A stretch of DNA of 64,000 bases from Eledone cirrhosa (lineage: Eukaryota), in assembly GCA_964016885.1 (NCBI GenBank), contig OZ024745.1, forward strand, positions 83,886,001-83,950,000, read 5' to 3'. Position 1 is the stretch's first letter. Each line of letters starts with the position of its first letter. The position numbers and the translations under genes are program-made. Of this stretch, positions 49,123 through 63,236 are shown piece after piece. Under the pieces are notes generated by a model. That model did no database searches and was not told where the DNA came from. It was given only the letters and a program-made list of their open reading frames with translations.

Positions 49123-50250
49123 AAGGCGGGTAAAATTCCCGAGATCCATGGACGAGTTCTCTCCAGCGGTCTCTGTCTCTCATTATCGCTGCCATATCCT
49201 GCATCTCCAACAGACCAGTGTCTGTCCTAGGGCATCAACATATGTTAACCTTGGTCTTCCACCTTCTAGTGTGTCCATGTAGGGGCTCCCAAAGGAGCAC
49301 TGAGTGCAATGTCAACTCTGGATGTCGGTGAGCATGTCCAGCCAACCTCAGTCTCCTCTGTGTCACTTTTGAGCTGACTTTTGGGATGCTCCCATACAGC
49401 TCTGAGTTCTTCATCCTCAGTGTATACTGATTAATGTTCAGAGCCATCCTCAGCATTCTCGTGTAGCACCCATCCACCATCTGAGTGAGTTTCTTGGTCA
49501 GTGTCCAAGTCTCAGACCCATACAGCAGCACAGACTCCACTACAGCAATGAAGAGGCGGATTTTCAGGTCTCTACGAAGGTCCGACTTCCACACCGATCT
49601 CAAGCTGTGGCACGCCGCCCAGGCCTTGCTCTTCCTCTCAACCACATCATCTTCCGTATTCCCAATCTTTGCTCCCAATCTTTGCTAGAGCAAAGTGCCT
49701 TCCTGCGGTCATGGTTTTCATTGACTTTAGGAAGGCCTTTGATTCTGTGGACCGTTACTGCCTGATGAAGATCTTACAGGCTTATGGAATCCCCAAGAAG
49801 ATAGTAGACCTGATATCACTGCTCTAAACCAACACCAAAGTCATTACACCTGATGGGATGACAGAGTTCTTTGAGATATTGGCTGGAGTGCTCCAGGGAG
49901 ATACATTGGCTCCCTACCTTTTTATCATTGTAGTGGACTATTGCATGCGCCTTGCACTGAAGAAACACCAGGATTCTGGCTTTACTGTAGCACCGGCTCA
50001 GAGCAGGAGAGTTAGGGCGAAAAAGGTATCGGATGCTGAATTTGCCGACGACATAGTTTTGGTGACAAATACAGTGAAGGAGGCAGAGGATTTGATGCGG
50101 GAGGTTGAGACTGTGTCGATGAGTGTGGGGCTGAGAATGAATGAGACTAAAACAAAATATCTGGTAGAGAATGTTGAGAAGCCAGAGGGGATCACTAATG
50201 TAGGCGGGAAGCCGCTGGAATTGGTTGAGGACTTCCTGTATTTGGGAGCA
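49121..50250 (-). mobile_element. 5'-truncated RTE-like LINE with 5' inversion, in (TA)n
   Basis: Plus 49690-50250 encodes IDFRKAFDSV..GVLQGDTLAP..FADD..FLYLGA; minus from 49678 continues LGAKIG..ESVLLYGSETWTLT. Confidence 0.85.
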
Positions 50251-50731
50251 AATATATATATATATATATATACCAGTAATGAGATACATGATATCATTTG
50301 TGAGCCTGATTTATATATATTTATACTGGTGATGAAATACATGATATCATTTATGAGCCTGATATATGTCTATACCAATGATGAGATGCATACGTTTGAC
50401 ATTTCGATTGGTAATCTACCTGAAAATCAACTTGGTTATCCATAGCTCTTCTAACGTAGATTTAACGTTATAACATACAGGCAAAATAAATTATGTATAT
50501 ATAATATAGTAGCAAATGAAGGGGATTCCTTGGTACAGTAAGATAAATTTGAAAAATGGGAGGAAGAATAACTTCACTGGTAGTTGATGTTGTTTAATAA
50601 TTCAAATCTTTACAATAAGTCGTTATTGATATTGGGTCTATTCAGAAATAATATCAATAACGACATGTTGTATAGTTTTGTATTGTTACAGAACATCAAC
50701 CACCATCGAAGTCATTCTTCCTCCCTTTTTT

Positions 50732-50764
<33 letters not shown>

Positions 50765-50770
<6 letters not shown>

Positions 50771-51318
50771 ATAAACGTGCTGCGGGGTTGCTAATGGGTT
50801 ACATATGAATAAAGTTAGTCCTTCATCAGTGATCTTCCAACTATCATTGGTATTTCATCGCTTTAAAGACCATATACCTCCGGTTGGTGCGAGCAACGGC
50901 TAAAAAAAGTTGTTGGGACACGTAAATAAAGGGGACACGAGTGTAAACAAACAAAAATGGTGAAGCAACGAAAAGTGAGGAAGAAAGAGTCAAGTCCCAA
51001 ATTTCTATGAATTTAAATTCGGTGAAATCGTGAACGAGAGCGAATAAAGACCATCAAACCTGGTTGAAATGTGAGCAAGGAAGGAATTTCGCACAGGTCT
51101 AACGGGAGGAAGAAGGGGTCTAGTCTGTGAATTCGGTAAACATAAGTTCTGTGAAATCGTAGACGAGAGAGAGAAAAAATGCCAACCGGCCTGGCCAAGC
51201 GTGCGAAAGAAAAGAATTACGCACAGGTCAAACGGGAAGAAGGAGGAGGAGGAGAGGTAGTAACAGAGAATGAGTGAGTGAAGTGTGAGGAAGAGGCAAA
51301 CAGAGAGAGTGACTGCTA
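50765..51318 (-). mobile_element. Non-coding (TA)n-embedded element, same family as 53230-53830
   Basis: Reverse complement aligns to 53278-53830. Confidence 0.75.
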
Positions 51319-51889
51319 TATATATATATATGTATATATATAAAATCATAGATTAGATAGATAATTTACAAAGTATTGGGAACATAAAAAAAATATAGTG
51401 GCCGCAATATATATAACTATAATAAAATTTGATAACTAGAAATAGTTCACTGAATCGAGTAAAGTATCGTCGGAGACGGGTAAGGTGAACGGAGACTCCT
51501 GCGAAGAAAAGAAATACACTTAAGATATCCATTTCAAATAAATTAAAATGTTTTGTTGACTTCTTCACTACATTTTTATTCTAGCAATGTTTCCAAATAG
51601 CTTTCTTAAAACCAAACGAAATAAATCACTACGTCGCGACACCGGGTTGAAATAATGATTTAATTTCATATGATGTCATAACAGCGAGGCAAAGAAATAA
51701 TCACCAATGAAGAAATGATTTATACTGAGTGGCGGTTACTTCTGATTAATTTATATGACATATAATGGGGTGGGGACTTTATAATTCCCAATGCGTTTCG
51801 GTTTTGGTGTAACGTGTCTGGTGCAAGTTTGTGAGGATGCTAAGGAATCAATTAGACATTATTCTAAATACATTTCATCGCGATCGTTA

Positions 51890-51962
<73 letters not shown>

Positions 51963-53034
51963 GAGGTATCGACTGTAAGTTGTGGGGTCTATTCTGTATG
52001 AAGAACTCAATGTAATCCATATGTTCAAAATGTTGTAGGTTAAGATAAATCTCAGAAAACAATAAAACATTAAAAGGAAAACCGAGTCATGATATAAGTT
52101 AACACAATGAAATAAAAAATCAAGTCATTAGAGATATACTTCACTGCTTTACGATCGTTTCTAGATGATGAAAATACATTGTATCTATACTCAGCTATTG
52201 ATCTATGTAAGTTTACAAACTATCAGATAGAGAGAATATTTACTTACATGCATATCACCAGCTGTTTTCAAAAGTAATAATTATTTTATTCAATAATAAT
52301 TTTACTCAGAATTAGTATCATGTCCATATTTGGAGGTAGTTGAAGAACTAACGAATCAAATTGTTTTTTTCATATGGTGTTAAGATGAAAAGTAATACAC
52401 TTTAGTTGACGTCATTACCCTTTGAAAGGAATGGTTGAAAGGTGTTAGTAGAAATGGCATAAAAATCTATTAGGAAGGAAGGGGCTTGTCAAACTGATAG
52501 TTGAATGTATCTTGTATAGTGAATATTTAAAAGGAATGTCAAAATAAATGGTGATTAATGTTGTATTGAGTTTTAAGGTGAATATAAATGTTATGGCTCG
52601 GAAAGATAGTATATTAAAAGATGAAAATTATAATAAGATAATGAGATATAGTAATGCGATAATATACAACTTAACCAACAGAATATAGTACGGTGTGGTA
52701 AATTGCACTCAGTATGATATAACATATTATACGCTCTAAAATAGTACTAAGTATGTTTATGCATAAACAATCAAACTCAGATAACTACATGTTGGCATAG
52801 TTAAAACACATACATTTCATAGTCTACAAAGTTCATATATTCACACCTCATATATAGAGAGGTACAGTTATATTGATATCTAACCAAAAATATATATACG
52901 TGCAAATAGATGCAAACCTAAATACACATCCACACGCATGCATATAATCATATATATACATATCCATACATATCTATATCCACACATACACATCTATACC
53001 CCCATATATACATATACATATAGACATACACACA

Positions 53035-53068
<34 letters not shown>

Positions 53069-53069
<1 letters not shown>

Positions 53070-53830
53070 GAATAAAGTTGGTCATTCATCAGTGATCTTC
53101 CATCCATCCTCGGTATATCTTCGCTTTAAAGACCATATACCTCCGGTTGGTGCGAGCAACGGCTAAAGAAAGTCGTTGGGACGTAAATAAACGGAACAGC
53201 GGGAGTGTAAACAACGCTGTGACCCGTCTATTTCGTTCTTACTGCTTCACTTTCTCTGTATATTTACCCTCTCTAACAGTCACTCTCTCTGTTAGCCTCT
53301 TCCTCACCCTTCACTCACTCACTCTCTGTTACTACCTCTCCTCCTCCTCCTTCTTCCCGTTTGACCTGTGCGTCATTCTTTTCTTTCGCACGCTTGGCCA
53401 GGCCGGTTCCCCTTTTTTCTCTCTCTTGTCTACGATTTCACAGTTCTTATGTTCACCGAATTCACGGACTAGACTCCTTCTCCTCCCGTTTCACTTGTGC
53501 GGAATTCCTTCCTTGCTCACATTTCAACCAGGTTTGATGGTCTTTATTCTCTCTCGTTAACGATTTCACCAAACTTATATTCATGGAAATTTGGGACTTG
53601 ACTCGTTCTTCCTCATTTTTCGTTGCTTCACCATCTTTGTTTCTTTACACTCTCACTGTTCCCTTTATTTACGTGTCCCAACGACTTTCTTTAGCCGTTG
53701 CTCGCACCAACCGGAGGTATATGGTCTTTAAGGCGAAGAAATACCGAGGATGGTTGGAAGATCACTGATGAAGGACCAACTTTATTCATATGTAACCCAT
53801 TTGCAACCACGCAGCACGTTTATTCTCATA
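53069..53830 (+). mobile_element. (TA)n-embedded element with 5' inverted copy of its 3' end
   Basis: 53069-53212 is the reverse complement of ~53645-53788, a PLE-like architecture. Confidence 0.75.
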
Positions 53831-53832
53831 TT

Positions 53833-53871
<39 letters not shown>

Positions 53872-53955
53872 TCATACATACATACATATATACATGTACA
53901 TACATATACACACACACACATATATACATACATATATACATACACATATACACAC

Positions 53956-53986
<31 letters not shown>

Positions 53987-54252
53987 CATGTATATATACA
54001 TATATACATATATATACATGTACAACACACACACATACACATATATATACACACACTTGTGTGAGTATATGTACACACCTCTTACATGTGCACATACTCA
54101 TATATAAACGTTCATACACCTATACTCACATATACACACACACAAACACACATGTACATATATATATATACATATATATTTATATATATATACATACACA
54201 TACACACACACATATATATATACACATATATATACACACCCATATATACATA

Positions 54253-54284
<32 letters not shown>

Positions 54285-54375
54285 CATATACATACATATA
54301 CACATACATACACATACACACATACATATACGAGCCAATACATATATACACATATATACATATATAAACATATAT

Positions 54376-54491
<116 letters not shown>

Positions 54492-55037
54492 TAGTTGACT
54501 CTATTGACTGATGAATAGCTTATGTTAATTTTAACCCTTCTGTTGAGAACTCTATTTGATTTGTGATGTTTTTGCATTCTTGCAATAACATACACAACTC
54601 AATTCATTCGCCTGATATAGGGGTTGCCTCCCTTGCCGATCCCAACGTGGGGTCAGTAATAGTCAGTCCTTGTATTAACATTGAGCTAAAACCTGTTGAG
54701 AAAGTGGCTCCCTTGTTCAATCATCTTACCAGAAGCCTAACATTATTTATCTAAGCGGACAGTATTTGATTTAGGAGCCGCAGAAACCCAAATGCTGGAT
54801 TTTACCAACCTGCCAGGGGTCCGGGTAAATTTTCAATCACAGATATTTTTTATTTGTTTGACCCGAATTAATTGATCGTTTTTTTTTGGCTATGCGAATT
54901 ATTGTTTAACCATCGTCTCAGTGTGATTGGCCTTTAACGTTTGTTATAGCTCTGGTTCATCTGAATCATTGAGCATTTGCCACACATCTCGGAGGTTGTT
55001 TTTCGTTATTTCGTGGGCCGAAATGCGATTCTCGATA

Positions 55038-55134
<97 letters not shown>

Positions 55135-55199
55135 CACACAAATATATACACACATAAAAATATTTCCATATCATACATAGATGTTTATTTTTACTCATG

Positions 55200-55975
55200 C
55201 AATTACGGGTGCCTGTGTATCTTGTTGCCTTTATTCATTGACGCATAAACTAAGGAAGCTAAAACATTAAAAGACAAAAATAAGCATGAAAGTATATAAT
55301 TAGGGGAAAGAGGTACTAATAAATGTTATTCTATACGGAATTATAGTGAGTTACAATTTAGAATATTTAATTAGGCTTATAGTATTTAATTAGGTTTATA
55401 GTATTTAAATGGTTTTCGGATACGGTGATTGCAGAATATGATCAATTCCTGTCTTTTATTTAATAAATCGTCCTTAGATTTAGTAATTTACAAGATCTCT
55501 TCTGAACATAATCTGCATTCCCTCCTGTTTCCAATATACGGAGCTTTTTGTAGAATGGTGTTCCACGAGAACTTAAAATGTATTTTTTTCTTTTAATAAT
55601 TATTTACCGCTTCACCTAAAGATGTGTTGTTTGCTAGTTTAGTATTGTTGAAACTACTAGAGTGTGCGTAAAATCTTTTCTTAAATGTGTTTGATGTAGA
55701 TCCTATATATGTTTTGTTGGAGTCTGTAGTAGACACAGTGCATTTATATATTACATTATTAATCAAACAATTTCCATTTAAAGGGCAAATGCTTCTATTT
55801 CTGCAATTACAGCCATACGTAAGATGGTTTTGGGGGGTGCCTATACTATTCTCATTTATCCTTGAGCTATTCTTATTGTAATTAGTGATAGCAGGAGAAT
55901 GAAGGTTTCATTGTGGGTGGTTTGGTGCAAGAGTTGTATTGTAATTTTGTGTTCTGTTGTTTTTGTGTTGGTGAT
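55200..55975 (-). pseudogene. Degenerate Hydra-like PLE endonuclease fragment (second family)
   Basis: GCNCRNRSICPLNG..NVIYKC..TYIGSTSNTFKKRF..H..F-SW..CRLCSEE. Confidence 0.75.
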
Positions 55976-56065
55976 TATATACACACCCATATATATGTAT
56001 ATATGGGTGTGTATATATATGTGTATATATATATGTGTGTGTGTATGTGTATGTATATATATATA

Positions 56066-56526
56066 TACAATATTAAATAAATGGAAAACTATATTTATAA
56101 AACCATATTTATTTCATTATATATATTTCGGGGATATCATATTAACAATATGCTATGCCTTCATCAGACAAAATACAATATAAACAGTTTTATAGATAAA
56201 TATATTCGACATACCGTAGTAAACATCAACTTCATTTGAAGAGGTTCACTCTGCTAGAGTGAACCTCTTCAAATGAAGTTGATGTTTATTACGGTATGTC
56301 GAATATATTTATCTATAAAACTGTTTATATTGTATTTTGTCTGATGAAGGCATAGCATATTGTTAATATGATATCCCCGAAATATATATAATGAAATAAA
56401 TATGGTTTTATAAATATAGTTTTCCATTTATTTAATATTGTAAATATACTCCAAGTATTTGTCGAGTGCTTTTATATCAGTTATAAATATTTACTAGTTG
56501 TAACCCAACAATTTTAAATATAACTT

Positions 56527-56531
<5 letters not shown>
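56066..56531. mobile_element. Solo Hydra-type pLTR forming a 187-bp-arm palindrome with a hammerhead on each strand
   Basis: Arms 56066-56252 and 56256-56442 with one mismatch; CTGATGA 56341, GAAA 56379; homologous to 32610-32861. Confidence 0.85.
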
Positions 56532-56605
<74 letters not shown>

Positions 56606-56742
56606 GTGTGTTTGTGTATATGTGAGTATAGGTGTATGAATGTTTATATATGAGTATGTGCACATGTAAGAGGAGTGTACATATACTCACACAAGTGAGT
56701 ATATTTATATATATGTGCATGTGTGTGTTTTGTATATGTATA

Positions 56743-56835
<93 letters not shown>

Positions 56836-56947
56836 ATATATATATGTATATATATATATATATATATGTGTATATGTGCATGTATATATGTATGTATTGT
56901 GTGTGTATATGTATGTATGTATGAGTATGTGTGTATATATATATATA

Positions 56948-57000
<53 letters not shown>

Positions 57001-57984
57001 ATGTCTATATGTATATGTATATATGGGGGTATAGATGTGTATGTGTGGATATAGATATGTATGGATATGTATATATATGATTATATGCATGCGTGTGGAT
57101 GTGTATTTAGGTTTGCATCTATTTGCACGTATATATATTTTTGGTTAGATATCAATATAACTGTACCTCTCTATATATGAGGTGTGAATATATGAACTTT
57201 GTAGACTATGAAATGTATGTGTTTTAACTATGCCAACATGTAGTTATCTGAGTTTGATTGTTTATGCATAAACATACTTAGTACTATTTTAGAGCGTATA
57301 ATATGTTATATCATACTGAGTGCAATTTACCACACCGAACTATATTCTGTTGGTTAAGTTGTATATTATCGCATTACTATATCTCATTATCTTATTATAA
57401 TTTTCATCTTTTAATATACTATCTTTCCGAGCCATAACATTTATATTCACCTTAAAACTCAATACAACATTAATCACCATTTATTTTGACATTCCTTTTA
57501 AATATTCACTATACAAGGTACATTCAACTATCAGTTTGACAAGCCCCTTCCTTCCTAATAGATTTTTATGCCATTTCTACTAACACCTTTCAACCATTCC
57601 TTTCAAAGGGTAATGACCTCAACTAAAGTGTATTACTTTTCATCTTAACACCATATGAAAAAAACAATTTGATTCGTTAGTTCTTCAACTACCTCCAAAT
57701 ATGGACATGATACTAATTCTGAGTAAAATTATTATTGAATAAAATAATTATTACTTTTGAAAACAGCTGGTGATATGCATGTAAGTAAATATTCTCTCTA
57801 TCTGATAGTTTGTAAACTTACATAGATCAATAGCTGAGTATAGATACAATGTATTTTCATCATCTAGAAACGATCGTAAAGCAGTGAAGTATATCTCTAA
57901 TGACTTGATTTTTTATTTCATTGTTTAACTTATATATAAATATATATAGATATATATATATATATATCTATATAGATATATATA

Positions 57985-58505
57985 TCGTTTCTGAATTTGT
58001 TTAGCAAGATTCTTTATCTGAAAACGTGTGTTGAAACCGATATTGTTATGCTTTGGGAGGGTCATGTTGCCAATACGAAACACACGCACCAGTTGCTTTC
58101 ACTCCAATTTATTATAAATTAAATTTATAAATTTAAGAATTTATAAATTTCCGGTCGGTTGGTTGGTTCCACAAGCAGACGGTTGTTCATATACTGTCAA
58201 AGTTCTTTCGTCACACATTCTGTGACTTCTTTAGTGACTCGGGATTATTTTCTTTGTTTTTGTGCCTCTTTGTGACAGAACAAAGGAGAGACACAAAAAC
58301 AAAGAAAAGAATCCCCAGTCACTGAAGAGGTCACAGAATGTGTGACGAAAGAACTTTGACAATATATGAACAACCGTCTGGTTGTGGAACCAAGCAACCG
58401 GAAATTTTTAAATTCTTAAATTTACAAATTTAATTTATAAGAAATTGGAGTGAAAGCAACTGGTGCGTGTGTTTCTTATTGGCAGCATGGCCCTCCCAAA
58501 GCATG
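57985..58505. mobile_element. Solo inverted pair of Nematis-like pLTRs
   Basis: 57985-58270 matches 59320-59608; 58290-58505 is its inverted copy, with hammerhead gtca-CTGAAGAG-gtcaca/tgtgac-GAAA-gaac-TT-tgac (58318-58360). Confidence 0.8.
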
Positions 58506-58513
58506 CATAACTA

Positions 58514-58608
<95 letters not shown>

Positions 58609-58612
<4 letters not shown>

Positions 58613-59223
58613 ATTTGATTCTGGGGTTTTACAAAGCGAAACTGATCAGTAAGGGCCATTAGAAGAGGTAAATATTTATATTATATTTTTTAATTTATTT
58701 TTAAAAATTTGTTGAATTTTACTTGTTCTGCTTATCTTAATATTAAAGTTCTGGTATATCAAATTAATACCATCGAACAACCTTGAATCATAGACAACCT
58801 ATGTATTTCTAGGGGTACTTAGTATCTTTGGACATATTAACTTCATTCATTATACTCCGTTATGTAGAGAACAAATCTGTTGTTCTATTTAGCTGCTATT
58901 TGTTTAGTAGTAATTATAGACAGCAAGTATATGGTTTTCCCGCTTTTACTTCGGTCCGATTTACATACGGGTCACTTTTACGATCTTCCAGACCTGTATT
59001 AGCTGCCAGGAGGTCATATATTTTATCGTTCTTGGGTCGTTTAGCCCTAGGAAAGGAAAATGTTTCTCTGATGAGCTTTGGTTTTCCATCAGATATCCAT
59101 TGGATTCTGGGGTTTTACAAAGCGAAACTGATCAGTAAGGGCCATTAGAAGAGGTAAATATTTATATTATATTTTTTTAATTTATTTTGAAAAATTGGTT
59201 GAATTTTACTTGTTCTGCTTATC

Positions 59224-59230
<7 letters not shown>
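58609..59230 (+). mobile_element. Non-coding 486-nt-period element with terminal direct repeat and hammerhead (retrozyme-like)
   Basis: 58611-58744 recurs at 59097-59230; (TA)n on both sides. Confidence 0.7.
59064..59142 (+). ncRNA. Type I hammerhead ribozyme
   Basis: CTGATGA (59068), stem II gctttg/caaagc, GAAA (59124), palindromic stem III actg-at-cagt, GUA site, weak stem I ttct/aggg. Confidence 0.8.
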
Positions 59231-59317
<87 letters not shown>

Positions 59318-59320
<3 letters not shown>

Positions 59321-62300
59321 CGTTTCTGAATTTGTTTAGCAAGATTCTTTATCTGAAATCGTGTGTTGAAACCGATATTGTTATACTTTGGGAGGGTCAT
59401 GTTGCCAATAAGAAACACACGCACCAGTTGCTTTCACTTCAATTTATTATATATTTATAAATTTATAAATTTACAAATCTAGAAATTTATAAATTTCTGG
59501 TTGGTTGGTTGGTTCCACAATCAGATAGTTGTTTCATAGTCCTTTCGTCACACACTCTGTGACCTCTTCAGTGACTGGGGATTCCTTTCTTTGTTTCTGT
59601 GCCTTTCCTTTCTTCTGTCCTACGCCATTTTGTTTCTGTGTGTGTGTTGTGTGCTCAGTTTGCGCATGCGCCACATCCGGGTGTCTGTGTGTGTTTGTGT
59701 TCATTTATCTATTTGTTTATTTATTTACATGTTGTTGGTTGGTTGGTTGTTCTATGTGTGTGTGTGTTTTCATTTTGTCCTTAATTGTAAGTTGTGATGT
59801 TGCTGTTCCACTCATATTTTCTATTTAATTTTGGTTGTAATTCTTTTCTGTTTACTGCCTCTGTAATTTGTCTAAACATTGCATCTTTTCTGTGTGTAGA
59901 TTCTATTTTTATTTCTATGTTCTCTAATTTACCCTTGTGTTCTATCTTAGCATGTTGGTAGAGTACAGATGATTCTTTATTATCTTGAAGGTCTCGCCAG
60001 TGTTCATTTATCCGTTCCCCTATACTACGAGCTGTCTTACCTATGTACACTATATTTTTGTTTCTACATTGTCCTTCAGTACATCTTATGCTATACACTA
60101 CATTTCTAGTTTTACAGTTAATATGGGGGCTTATTTTACAGGTTATACATTTCTTATCTATACATGAAGGTCTTTGGAACGGGTATGTCTTGCTAATAAG
60201 TGTTTTTACGGAGGTACCTGGTCTTTCTACTATCTTAATATTGAGTTTATGTTTATTTAGGGCCCTTCTAAATTTGTAGGCTAGTTCGCCTCTAGGGGTT
60301 GTATTGATGAACATTACACTCTGGTATTTATTGCTATCATACCATGAGTTTATTCTATTGGCCTTGTTCCTAGTTCTTTCTATTCTATTCCAAAATTTGC
60401 TCCTATACAAGGGGCAGGTCCCATTTATGTCATTATTTACCATTTTTTCCCATTTGGTTCTGGCTCCTCTATACACTCTGATTCTATCTCTCTGATTGTA
60501 GCCAGAGAACTGCATACCGTGGATGAAGTGTTGTATGTGTCTCTCTAGTTCTTCGGGGTTACACGTGCGGGACACATTTCTCATCACCCGTACCAAATCC
60601 GCAATCAGTATGTTGATTTTGGTATGGTCCGAAATGGCCGAGTTTCGGTGGATCAGATGTTTGGAAGTCATGGGTTTGGCATAATGGGAATGGAGGATTT
60701 GTTTTTGGTTGTTAATGGTATCTAACCAGAGCTCTGTGTCTAGTACAGGTAATCTATGGTTGGGGTGTCTACTTGGGTAGTCTATAGTAACTCTAATGCT
60801 CTGGCGGATGGAGTTTGCTATTTGCTGGATGCTTTCCATTGTGTTTTTCTCTAGTTCCTGACTGTTCTCTAGTGGGGGTGTCTTAACTACGATGTTTATA
60901 TCATCTACGTAGCGGGAGTACATTATCAGGGTTAAGCTGTCTTCTAATTGTTCTTTAAGTTTAAGTTTAAGTCTACTGTCCCACCATACCATGAATAAGT
61001 TAGCTATGTCGCCTGCAATGCTAACACCAATGGCTGCTCCTTCCTCTTGGGCATATGTTTTTCCATTAAATTTGAACATATGTTCCTTAAGGGTTAATTT
61101 TATGTTGGCCCCTACCGCATGTGCAATCATTTTCTTCAGTTCATCGTGGTTTTCGGGTGTCCGTATAGCTCTGGTCCACCCGTTCCATCTGTCTGTGTGG
61201 GTTTTCTTGGCCATTGAGGTAATGGTAGGTGGTCTGCCTCTTGCTGGTCTTGTAGGGCACAGGTTGCTAAGGTCATAAGTGTCTAGGTAACTATTTCTAT
61301 GGGTAAGCTTAAGTAGAAGTCCCAGCTGACTGGTATCAATCCCACGGAACTCAACCTTGCTCTCGCTGATCATTTCTACGCATTTCTCCACAGCAAAATC
61401 CACGTCAATAGATGGATACAGGGACACAACATCCATACTGCCTATTATGCAGTTTGTTAGGTCCCCAAATCGGTTACTCACGCCGATTCTGCTGAGGAGG
61501 TGCTCCGTGCTGTCACATACATCTGGGTACATCTCAATGATGGGGCGTATGATCAGGGAGAGGAAGTAGGACAGTCTGTAGTTACTAGCAATGTTAGATC
61601 CACAGACTGGCCGTGTTGGTGGTCCCGCGACCACCGTTTTATGGTCTTTTCGAAGCCCATACAACACCGGCACGTCATTGTTCCAGGCCTGGAAGTTGTT
61701 GGCAGTCCTTTTGTTGGGCTGCATTATATTTGTCCACATCACCATATGGGCATTGAGGGCTTTTTCTCTATCCTCATGCTCCTGTGGTGTTACCTCTCTT
61801 GTGTTAGTGATGTGGGGTTGCATTGCCTGGATCTAGTTTGGCAGGCTGTCAACCGACATTCTGCCAGACTTGTCTGTTGGAAAGCATGCTATCTCTCCAT
61901 TACGTGAGCGCTGCATGAGCTTACGCAAGCCATTTGCAGATTTTTCTCCCAGTTGCTGGGCCTCTATTCTATTATGCTTCTTGCTATACTGTTCTATAAT
62001 ATTTGTAAGTTCGGATCTAGCTATACTAAATTGTGCTTCTGTTTGTTCATCGACCTGCGAACTAGCCTACAAATTTAGAAGGGCCCTAAATAAACATAAA
62101 CTCAATATTAAGATAGTAGAAAGACCAGGTACCTCCGTAAAAACACTTATTAGCAAGACATACCCGTTCCAAAGACCCTCATGTATAGATAAGAAATGTA
62201 TAACCTGTAAAATAAGCCCCCATATTAACTGTAAAACTAGAAATGTAGTGTATAGCATAAGATGTACTGAAGGACAATGTAGAAACAAAAATATAGTGTA

Positions 62301-62967
62301 CATAGGTGAGACAGCTCGTAGTATAGGGGAACGGATAAATGAACACTGGCGAGACCTTCAAGATAATAAAGAATCATCTGTACTCTACCAACATGCTAAG
62401 ATAGAACACAAGGGTAAATTAGAGAACATAGAAATAAAAATAGAATCTACACACAGAAAAGATGCAATGTTTAGACAAATTACAGAGGCAGTAAACATAA
62501 AAGAATTACAACCAAAATTAAATAGAAAATATGAGTGGAACAGCAACATCACAACTTACAATTAAGGACAAAATGAAAACACACACACACATAGAACAAA
62601 CAACCAACCAACAACATGTAAATAAATAAACAAATAGATAAATGAACACAAACACACACAGACACCCGGATGTGGCGCATGCGCAAACTCAGTACACAAC
62701 ACACACACAGAAACAAAATGGCGTAGGACAGAAGAAAGGAAAGGCACAGAAACAAAGAAAGGAATCCCCAGTCACTGAAGAGGTCACAGAGTGTGTGACG
62801 AAAGGACTATGAAACAACTATCTGGTTGTGGAACCAACCAACCAACCAGAAATTTATAAATTTCTAGATTTGTAAATTTATAAATTTATAAATATATAAT
62901 AAATTGAAGTGAAAGCAACTGGTGCGTGTGTTTCTTATTGGCAACATGACCCTCCCAAAGTATAACA

Positions 62968-62970
<3 letters not shown>
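59318..62970 (-). mobile_element. Penelope-like element, Nematis-like, 5'-truncated, with ~0.9 kb inverted copy of its 3' end
   Basis: 62058-62970 is the reverse complement of 59377-60289; hammerheads at 59534-59575 (-) and 62772-62812 (+); (TA)n flanks. Confidence 0.88.
59781..62052 (-). pseudogene. PLE RT plus GIY-YIG endonuclease; open 59781-61823, upstream part separated by a TAG near 61834
   Basis: PTDKSG upstream; TRPV, MDVVSLYPSI, GAAIG, RYVDD, LPVLD; CIDKKCITC linker; VVY..YIG; H..H; LN. Confidence 0.88.
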
Positions 62971-63001
<31 letters not shown>

Positions 63002-63002
<1 letters not shown>

Positions 63003-63197
63003 GGCAAATGTTTGACCCCGACGGCAGAGCTCAAACCGTTTCGACGGCTATTTCTGGACAGAGTCCATAAATCGCCATCGAAACGACTTGAGCTCTGCCC
63101 TCGGGGTCAAACATTTTTCTATTACCCACTCTACTACCCTAAGTATTGAGTACTCTGGTGCGTTATGGTCCATCTGGTTCCTTACCACACTTCCTTC

Positions 63198-63200
<3 letters not shown>
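63002..63200 (+). mobile_element. Small fold-back element, same family as 23490-23700
   Basis: Shared 80-bp tail and homologous hairpin. Confidence 0.7.

Positions 63201-63234
<34 letters not shown>

Positions 63235-63236
<2 letters not shown>

Noticed and set aside
54516-54560. CTGATGA next to a (TG)n tract as a hammerhead
   Set aside because: No GAAA box or closing stems found.
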